A DNA stretch of 64,000 nucleotides, taken from the IMG/VR virus record IMGVR_UViG_3300031943_000020; one strand, written 5' to 3'. Below the pieces are notes generated by a model. The model worked only from the letters and a program-made list of their open reading frames with translations. It did not search any database and was not told the origin of the DNA. This document shows, piece by piece, positions 57,856 through 64,000 of this stretch. A program made the translations under genes and the position numbers. The stretch's first letter is position 1. Each line of letters begins with the position of its first letter. The DNA is from an uncultured virus (IMG/VR IMGVR_UViG_3300031943_000020) (Duplodnaviria > Heunggongvirae > Uroviricota > Caudoviricetes).

Positions 57856-58044
57856 ATGGATAAGCCAATAGTAGTACGACAACCGAAGAAGCGTGGGCCG
57901 GTCGCCAGCGGGTATATCAGTACGCATGTGATGTTGCCAGAAGACCTGATTGAGTGGGCCAAGCACCAACCCGAAAAGCTCTCTGGTCTCGTGCGCAAAG
58001 CGTTACATGATGAACGCCGTCGCCGGAAAGCCACGGTAGCCTAG
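57856..58044 (+). CDS. Small RHH-like regulator divergent from the helicase
   Basis: THVMLPEDLIEWAK..LSGLVRKAL; upstream TATACT. Confidence 0.55.
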   Translation: MDKPIVVRQPKKRGPVASGYISTHVMLPEDLIEWAKHQPEKLSGLVRKALHDERRRRKATVA

Positions 58045-58319
58045 CCCTCGTCCAGCCCTGCCTCCTTAAGCAGCCTGGCATACGTGTGCTCTGGCAGGCC
58101 CACGAGCGTGAGCCACCACTCCACCTGGGGCCGGTCGCGGAGCCACTGCTGCGCATTGCGGCGCCGGTGGACGTCCGCCTCCGTGGCCTTCGCCGTGCTG
58201 CGGGCATCCTGGACGGCACACCGCAGCATCGCGGCAATCAAGGCCTGCTCGGGGCTGAGTTGCGCCTCGGCGGGGTCATCCTGGAACGCCTCAGCCCGGT
58301 GGAGCGGTCTCCCAGCCAT
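58041..58319 (-). CDS. Hypothetical phage protein
   Basis: PEQALIAAMLRCAVQDA...AQQWL. Confidence 0.55.
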   Translation of the reverse strand: MAGRPLHRAEAFQDDPAEAQLSPEQALIAAMLRCAVQDARSTAKATEADVHRRRNAQQWLRDRPQVEWWLTLVGLPEHTYARLLKEAGLDEG

Positions 58320-58574
58320 CAGGGGCCTCCTGCATCCTAGTGCCCCCTCCGGTGTTGGTCACGCTGCCACTGCCGCGCCCCCTTGGAGCGCGTCCAGCGA
58401 CTCGTGGGGTCGATGGCATGCCAATACTCGGGGCTCTTCAGCGGGGCACCCACGCGCACGTTCCCGTCAATCTCTGAGTAGAGGGGGCAGGTATGGCAAC
58501 GCCATTGACAAAATCTATCGGCATACCCCTCGACGTCTGGGAGCGTCAGGAGGAGATACTGGCTAGTCCACCAG

Positions 58575-58886
58575 TCATGGGCATGCGACATGGTATGGCT
58601 CCTCCAGAGGCTCCTGGCTTACCATGTGCCAGAGGATCTGCGTCAAGAAGTCCTCTTCGCACATACACTGCGGCGGTGTCGTGAACTGGGGATAGGGAGT
58701 CTCGACGGTGCGTACAGCATCGCTCACGCGCCACTGGTCCCAGTCGATGGCAAAGCCCTCAGTATGCTCGTAAAACGTGAGGTAGGCATGCGCCGCCGCG
58801 GCCAGCATGCGCCGGCGTCCACGATACTGCTCCAGCAGGGTCCGGCGGGCGCTCGGGGGCATCGGCCTGGTCAGGGCATGGTCCAT
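58575..58886 (-). CDS. Hypothetical protein
   Basis: GGAGGG RBS. Confidence 0.5.
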   Translation of the reverse strand: MDHALTRPMPPSARRTLLEQYRGRRRMLAAAAHAYLTFYEHTEGFAIDWDQWRVSDAVRTVETPYPQFTTPPQCMCEEDFLTQILWHMVSQEPLEEPYHVACP

Positions 58887-58888
58887 GC

Positions 58889-59134
58889 TTAGACCCTCCC
58901 TGCCAGCGCGTGCTCGGCCTGGGCAGCCTCGACGTCTCGCTGCGCGGTCCGCAGATGGCGCACGGCGTTGGCGCCACGCCGATCGCTCATCTGATGTTCG
59001 AGCACGAAGAGGGCGAGGGCGACGGCATGCGCGGCGAGCAGCAGCGTCGTGGTCGCGACCTCGGTGGAGAACGTGGTGGGTACGGGCACCGTCTCCGTCA
59101 GAGACAGCCAGGGCAACTCAGGATGGTGGGGCAT
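58889..59134 (-). CDS. Hypothetical protein
   Basis: AAGGAG RBS. Confidence 0.5.
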   Translation of the reverse strand: MPHHPELPWLSLTETVPVPTTFSTEVATTTLLLAAHAVALALFVLEHQMSDRRGANAVRHLRTAQRDVEAAQAEHALAGRV

Positions 59135-59171
59135 GAGGGTCTCCTTTGTACGGCTGAGCGTGATGAGGGCG

Positions 59172-59687
59172 TTAGGGCGCGGGGCTCCCGTCGAGCATCG
59201 TGGCGAGGTCGTCCCGCTCCAGGTACCAGCAGAGGTGCTGCGCGGCTGCGACCCAGGTGGTATAGAGACCGACATGGTGCCCCTGGGCGGCGAGGCCTGC
59301 CAGCCAGGGCTTTTGTGCCGGGGATGGGTGGCGTCCTGGGGCCTTCAGTTCGAGCCACGTCCCATGGTAGCCTCGACTCGCCACCGGGAGGTGTAGGTCC
59401 GGCACGCCTGCTCGGGTGCCCATGGCTTTGAGTCGGCCCGCCGCCGCGGCCCCTCGCTTCCCCCCATTCGGGATGTGGTAGAGCCAGGCGAGGCGCGGCT
59501 CCTGCGCACGGGCGACGGTCTCGACCCAACGGATCAGGGCACGCTGTTCCTGCTCTTCGTAGTCATGCGGCGTCGGGGGTACGACGCGCATGCGCACCGC
59601 CACGGGCGTCTCACGCTGGACCTCGCCGTTCACGATGTGAAACCCAATCGAGTTGAGCCATTGCTCGTCAAGCACCGTTCGAGGCAT
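59172..59687 (-). CDS. VRR-NUC domain nuclease
   Basis: EEQEQ..YHIPNGGKR..LKAMG.RAGVPDL..WLELKA..SPAQ. Confidence 0.9.
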   Translation of the reverse strand: MPRTVLDEQWLNSIGFHIVNGEVQRETPVAVRMRVVPPTPHDYEEQEQRALIRWVETVARAQEPRLAWLYHIPNGGKRGAAAAGRLKAMGTRAGVPDLHLPVASRGYHGTWLELKAPGRHPSPAQKPWLAGLAAQGHHVGLYTTWVAAAQHLCWYLERDDLATMLDGSPAP

Positions 59688-59790
59688 TCCTGGTCCTCCC
59701 CTGGGGCAGTCTCCTGGATAAAATACTACGCCTTCTTGGCGAAGGCTCAAGGCAAAAACGCGTGTGTGTCCTCGCGCCCATAGGCCCGCC

Positions 59791-60780
59791 TTACGGACGA
59801 CGAATCAGGCGTAAATTCTTTGGTGTCGGCAGGGGCGGTGGCGCTGGTGGCGTGGCATCCTCGGGACGTGCCGCGAGCGCTGGGGGACCATCGCCCTGGT
59901 GGCCGTCACAGATCTCCATGTCGCCCCCGGTGTTCCCGGCAAACGTATTGCCCTCGGCGCGGATATTGGTGGCTCCCCCCTGGCAGGGTGCCTGTATGGC
60001 TCCGCCACTGTTGTTCTCGATGCGGTTCCCGACGACGGCCAGGCCGCTGCCATGGTTGAGCGTCACCGCCCCATCGCCCCGGTTGTCATGAATCCGGTTG
60101 TTGAGCAGTTGCGTGCCGGACGAGCAGCCCGGGCTGGCCGAGTCGTAGACCTGGATCCCGTACCCGCTATTGTTCCAGACCTCGGAGTCCCGGATGACGA
60201 GATTGTGCCCACAGACATAGAAGCCATGGTCGAGGCGGTTGAGGCCATTGTCATGCACGTTCATGCCGCTAAACTCGATATTGGCGGCCCCAAAAACCTG
60301 CACGCCAGAGGCGCCCGGGCAGACCTCTGGTCCGCCGAGGCCACACGCCGGGCCGTGCTCCTTGGCATTCTTCACCTCGGAGTTGCTCATGCGGATGTCG
60401 TGCGTGCCACTCCCGCCGAAAAACACGGTACTGCCTTCGACGACCAGGCGATCAAACGCGATGAACTGATACGTCCCGCCATGGTAGCCATTGAGGTCGA
60501 CGCCCGGCACCACGGCCGTTTCGCCAGGGGCCGACGCAATCGTCACCGGGTTACTCCAGGAGGTGCCAGAGGGGATGGGCAGGCTGCCGCTGGAGAGACG
60601 CTGACTGTACGTGCCGCCGTGCAGGAACAGCGTATCGCCGGCCTGCATGTGGCCCAGCACGGTGGTGAAATCCTCGCCAGGGGAGACGTAGTAGGTCGCG
60701 GCGTGGGTCATCACGGGCGCGAGCAACAGACTGCCGAGCGTGAGTATTCCGCATGCCTGACGAAAGGTGCGTCGTTTCAT
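59791..60780 (-). CDS. Signal-peptide beta-helix protein (paralog of module 1 of 43647-47315)
   Basis: THA|ATYYVSP; GPACGLGGPEVCPG; ends PLPTPKNLRLIRRP. Confidence 0.85.
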   Translation of the reverse strand: MKRRTFRQACGILTLGSLLLAPVMTHAATYYVSPGEDFTTVLGHMQAGDTLFLHGGTYSQRLSSGSLPIPSGTSWSNPVTIASAPGETAVVPGVDLNGYHGGTYQFIAFDRLVVEGSTVFFGGSGTHDIRMSNSEVKNAKEHGPACGLGGPEVCPGASGVQVFGAANIEFSGMNVHDNGLNRLDHGFYVCGHNLVIRDSEVWNNSGYGIQVYDSASPGCSSGTQLLNNRIHDNRGDGAVTLNHGSGLAVVGNRIENNSGGAIQAPCQGGATNIRAEGNTFAGNTGGDMEICDGHQGDGPPALAARPEDATPPAPPPLPTPKNLRLIRRP

Positions 60781-60796
60781 ACCAGATCCTTCTCGG

Positions 60797-61810
60797 TTAG
60801 GGGGTCCGCAGCAGGCGGAGGTTGCTAGGGGTTGGCAGGGCCTTCGCCACTGGGCTCCCGGTCAGGACGGGATCGCCTGGTGCCGGGCCGTCGGTGCGGT
60901 GGCAGGTATTGCCCTCGACCGTCGAGCCACTGGAGCCTGGTCCTTCGTCGATACAGGGCGCCTGGGGGCTGTAGATCGTGTTGCCCGTGACCTGGTTGAC
61001 GCCCCGGCCGAGCTGAATCCCGGCGAGGGCATGGCCCTGTCCCCAGACGGTATTGCCCGTGGCATGATTGTCACTCCCGGAGGACAGCAAAATGCCCGCA
61101 CTATTCGTGCCATGGGCGAGCGTCAGCCCGTTGTCATGGACCCGGTTCTGACTGACGATGTTCCCCGAGACCCGCGAGGAACCCGAGTCGTAGACATGCA
61201 CGCCATACCCTTCCTGATGGTCAATCTCGTTGTTGTGAATCAGCCAGTTGGTCCCGCGAATATACAAACCATACTCCCAGCCGGTGATGCGGGAGTTGAT
61301 GACCTCGCAGGCATCACATTCCCCTGAGATCGCGATCCCTGGCCACCCGCGAGGCTCGCGCTGAACCGTCATCGTATCGAGGCGGACATGGTGCACCGAC
61401 GCGCCCGCATAGAAGGCTTCGGACGTCCTCTGAGCTTGCGCCCGTGCGGTGCCATCCAGCGTAAAATCTTTGAGAATCCAATGGTGGAGGTTGGAGGCCC
61501 AGGTGAAGTCCACCACGCCCGTCACCGTCGCCGTTTCCCCGGGATACCCCGTAATGGTGATCGCGTTGCTGTAACTGGTGCCCGAGGCACCCCCCCAGTC
61601 GGTTGGCCGTATGGGCTGGTTATAGGTCCCGCTACGCAGATAGAGCGTATCGCCGGCCTGGAGCTTGCGACCCGCGGTGGCAATCTCGGCGCAGGGTTCT
61701 GCCTGGGTACAGGCGCTGCCGCTCCCGCCTGGGGCTACGTAGAACGTCGCGCTCCAGGCGTCAGCAGCGAGGGTGAGCGTGAGGAGGGTGAGCAGCGTGC
61801 GAGGGTGCAT
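60797..61810 (-). CDS. Signal-peptide beta-helix protein (paralog of module 2 of 43647-47315)
   Basis: AWS|ATFYVAP; VVDFTWASNLHHWILKDFTLDGT; ends ALPTPSNLRLLRTP. Confidence 0.85.
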   Translation of the reverse strand: MHPRTLLTLLTLTLAADAWSATFYVAPGGSGSACTQAEPCAEIATAGRKLQAGDTLYLRSGTYNQPIRPTDWGGASGTSYSNAITITGYPGETATVTGVVDFTWASNLHHWILKDFTLDGTARAQAQRTSEAFYAGASVHHVRLDTMTVQREPRGWPGIAISGECDACEVINSRITGWEYGLYIRGTNWLIHNNEIDHQEGYGVHVYDSGSSRVSGNIVSQNRVHDNGLTLAHGTNSAGILLSSGSDNHATGNTVWGQGHALAGIQLGRGVNQVTGNTIYSPQAPCIDEGPGSSGSTVEGNTCHRTDGPAPGDPVLTGSPVAKALPTPSNLRLLRTP

Positions 61811-61880
61811 CGTGTGTCCTTCTGGCATACGGGGTGTGATGAGACATACTCTGCTAGAGGATACATATATATATTATGTC

Positions 61881-61909
61881 TTGACAAGAATGATTGAGCT
61901 ATTTATGAT
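61881..61909 (+). promoter_or_regulatory. sigma70-type promoter for the XRE gene, with near-palindrome over the -35 box
   Basis: TTGACA-17 nt-TATGAT; TCTTGACAAGA. Confidence 0.7.
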
Positions 61910-61931
61910 ATGCCGCGAAAGGAGGGGCTGC

Positions 61932-62240
61932 ATGGCAAATCCGATAGGCCAGCGCATCCGCACCGCGCGCGAGGACTATGGGATGTCACAGGCGGAACTG
62001 GCTCGCAGAGTGGGCGTGAAGGCCCAAACGATGAATGCCATTGAGTTGGAGCGTCTTGATCCCAAGGCGTCGCTGGTGCGCGACATTGCGCGGGTCCTGC
62101 GAGTGCGAGGGGAGTATTTGCTGTGTTTGACTGATGATAAGGACATCCCGGCGCGACGATGCCGGGGCGTGGTGCACCCAGGGATAGAAGATACGACCAC
62201 GCCCGCGATAGCGCCTACGGTGCCGTACACGCCGGAGTGA
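61932..62240 (+). CDS. XRE-family HTH transcriptional regulator (repressor/Cro-like)
   Basis: IGQRIRTARE..GMSQAELARRVGV....NAIE....PK....DIARVL; AAAGGAGG RBS. Confidence 0.9.
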   Translation: MANPIGQRIRTAREDYGMSQAELARRVGVKAQTMNAIELERLDPKASLVRDIARVLRVRGEYLLCLTDDKDIPARRCRGVVHPGIEDTTTPAIAPTVPYTPE

Positions 62241-62282
62241 GTGTAGCAGATGAGGGCCGCTGTCTGGAAGAGGAGGACCCGC

Positions 62283-62552
62283 ATGCCAGATACGACTAAG
62301 CTGGCACAACAGTTGGCGGACCAGAAAGCCCGCCTGCAACAGCAAAAGGAGACGCTGGCCCGGCAGCAGCGCACCCTTGATAACCGCCTCGCTGCGCTGA
62401 CACGCCAGCGGACGCAGGCCCGCCTCATGCGGGTGGGGAAGCTGGTGGAGGCCGCTGGTGTGCTGTGGGTGGAGGATGCTGTGTTAGAGAAGGCGTTGGC
62501 GCACATGGCTGAGACGCTGACGGATGTATCTGTGACCAAGAGTATCTCGTAG
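62283..62552 (+). CDS. Mobilization accessory protein (TraC/TraD/MobS-like)
   Basis: Coiled coil then RQRTQARLMRVGKLVEAAGVL; precedes relaxase. Confidence 0.6.
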   Translation: MPDTTKLAQQLADQKARLQQQKETLARQQRTLDNRLAALTRQRTQARLMRVGKLVEAAGVLWVEDAVLEKALAHMAETLTDVSVTKSIS

Positions 62553-62592
62553 AGATACCCTGAACCGTGTTTGAGTTCTCGTAAGGGGTGTC

Positions 62593-63672
62593 ATGGCCTT
62601 AGCCCATTTTTGGATGCAAAGTATCAGTCGTGCGAAGGCGAGTTTACCGGCGTCGGTCGCGGTGCATTATCTCAAACGTGAAGCGGAGTTTGCCCCGGAA
62701 GCCTACCTCTCACGCACAAGTGAAAGCACGAAGGATCGTCATGATTTAGTCGCATGGGATGTGCAGCATCTCCCAACCTGGGCCGAGGACAGTCCTGGGA
62801 AGTTTTTTAGTGCCGCCGAACGCTATGAGGGGGTCAATCGGTACCACGCGATTATGCTACAATTCTCCCTGCCGAAAGAAATGACCCACGATCAGCATCT
62901 TTCCCTGACCCAGGACTTTCTTGAGGCCACGATGCCAGACAAGAGTCTGCTCTGGGTCAAACATGAGCCGCTCGACAATTTCACGCATGAGCCCCAGCCG
63001 CATTGTCACATCTTACTTTCTGCACGCACGGTCGATGGGATTGCGCGTGATCCTGCGCAGACGTTTATGCGTTGGAATGCTGCCCATCCAGAGGAGGGGG
63101 GCTGTCAGAAAGATGCGTTTTGGAGTCAGCGGCAAGCCGTGGAACAACTCCGGCATGCGTTTACCGATCTCACGAACTTCCATGCTGAGAAGCTCGGGCT
63201 CGCTATGCGGATTGATAGTCGCAGCTTGCACCGTCGCGATATTGACCGGAAGCCGATGGTCAAAGAAGAGGACCGCCCAAGCCGTGAGGCATTGGCCGCC
63301 GAACAAGTCAAAGCTGCATACGCCTGGGAGCAGCGCAAAGTCTATAAGGGGCTCGGTGAGATCCAGGCGATCCCGCGTGAAGAGTTTGTCCTCCTTGTGC
63401 GGCAGTGGACGCGGGACTACGACCGGGGCCAGCAGCTCCCCCGCGTAAGTCTGACCGAGGTCCAGGCGTGGACGACGCAGGAGCAGGCACGGCTCGCGCA
63501 GCGCCAGCAGGGGGTAGACTACCAGCTCGCCCAGGTAGAGCGGGGGCTGGCGGGGGAGTTGCGAGCGCATGAACTGCTCGCTCTGACGCAGCGCCCGAGG
63601 CAGGAGCAGCCCGTGACGCCAGGGTTACGCGCACGGATCTTTGAGGATGACCACCCAGGGTATCGGTACTAG
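62593..63672 (+). CDS. mobA: MobA/MobL-family relaxase
   Basis: AVHYLKRE, LPTWA..FFSAAERYE, FSLPKEM, KH..QPHCHILLSAR (HUH), RIDSRSL. Confidence 0.85.
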   Translation: MALAHFWMQSISRAKASLPASVAVHYLKREAEFAPEAYLSRTSESTKDRHDLVAWDVQHLPTWAEDSPGKFFSAAERYEGVNRYHAIMLQFSLPKEMTHDQHLSLTQDFLEATMPDKSLLWVKHEPLDNFTHEPQPHCHILLSARTVDGIARDPAQTFMRWNAAHPEEGGCQKDAFWSQRQAVEQLRHAFTDLTNFHAEKLGLAMRIDSRSLHRRDIDRKPMVKEEDRPSREALAAEQVKAAYAWEQRKVYKGLGEIQAIPREEFVLLVRQWTRDYDRGQQLPRVSLTEVQAWTTQEQARLAQRQQGVDYQLAQVERGLAGELRAHELLALTQRPRQEQPVTPGLRARIFEDDHPGYRY

Positions 63673-64000
63673 ATGATTGCCAAGATGCTCCTCGCCCTGC
63701 TGGCCCTGACGGTAGGACTCACGACCGCCGCGCAAACGTTTGCCTATCTTATGCAGTTGGACCCTGCGCTTGGGTTACCGCTGTGGCGGCAGAGCGGATT
63801 GGCGATCTATGCCCCCTGGCGCGTCGTCGTTTGGGCCTGGCGGTGGGGACAGCTTGCCCCGACCGCGTTCGTGCTCCCGGCGTTTCTCGGGGGGCTCAGT
63901 GCGGGATGGACGGTCTGTCAGTGTCTGCCCACGCGTCCCAAGCCGGGGCAGGCCCACTGGGCCACGGAGCGGGAACTGCGGCAGGCTCAGTGCCGAGGCA
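63673..64000 (+). CDS. N-terminus of a TraG/VirD4-like type IV coupling protein (truncated)
   Basis: TM..AQTFAY..DPALGLPL..IYAPW..WAWRW..TM..GQAHWATERELRQA; the ATPase part would lie beyond the window. Confidence 0.65.
   Translation, partial: MIAKMLLALLALTVGLTTAAQTFAYLMQLDPALGLPLWRQSGLAIYAPWRVVVWAWRWGQLAPTAFVLPAFLGGLSAGWTVCQCLPTRPKPGQAHWATERELRQAQCRG

Noticed and set aside
43647..61810. Diversity-generating retroelement (TR/VR) or invertible tail-fibre cassette
   Set aside because: No reverse transcriptase or invertase seen; the paralogs differ throughout, not at adenines only.
62540..62592. oriT candidate (GTATCTC-gta-GAGATAC hairpin) before the relaxase
   Set aside because: Lacks the MOBQ-type TAAGTGCGCCCT nick-region motif; too short to call.
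1..64000. tRNA/rRNA genes, integrase, terminase, host taxonomy
   Set aside because: None recognisable in this window; the host cannot be assigned from sequence reading alone.

Overview
Most of a tailed (siphovirus-like) phage or prophage genome. Terminase and portal are absent, presumably upstream of the window, and no integrase is visible. The + strand runs head morphogenesis (254), scaffold and major capsid (8736-10524), neck/connector, two tail tube paralogs, frameshifted tail chaperone, tape measure and tail tip (to 36104). Eight consecutive genes for signal-peptide-bearing adhesin/beta-helix proteins (36101-49084) and a putative lysis pair follow. The - strand early arm (50144-61810) encodes a recombinase, AAA helicase and VRR-NUC nuclease. 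An XRE regulator and a MobA/MobL relaxase-TraG module sit at the right edge. The standout is a conflict island inside the head operon. It has a strong minus-strand sigma70-like promoter driving a solitary Cas7/RAMP-like gene (7755-8438), then a non-coding array, an accessory gene (6443-6970), a second array and an RHH gene. Both arrays are strictly phased GGY-NN pentamers cut into about 36 distinct units by a 4-nt GGC(N)GTC boundary. This looks like a non-CRISPR RNA-guided system with an interleaved guide code, and from memory it resembles the recently reported VIPR architecture. All annotations come from motif reading, not database searches.
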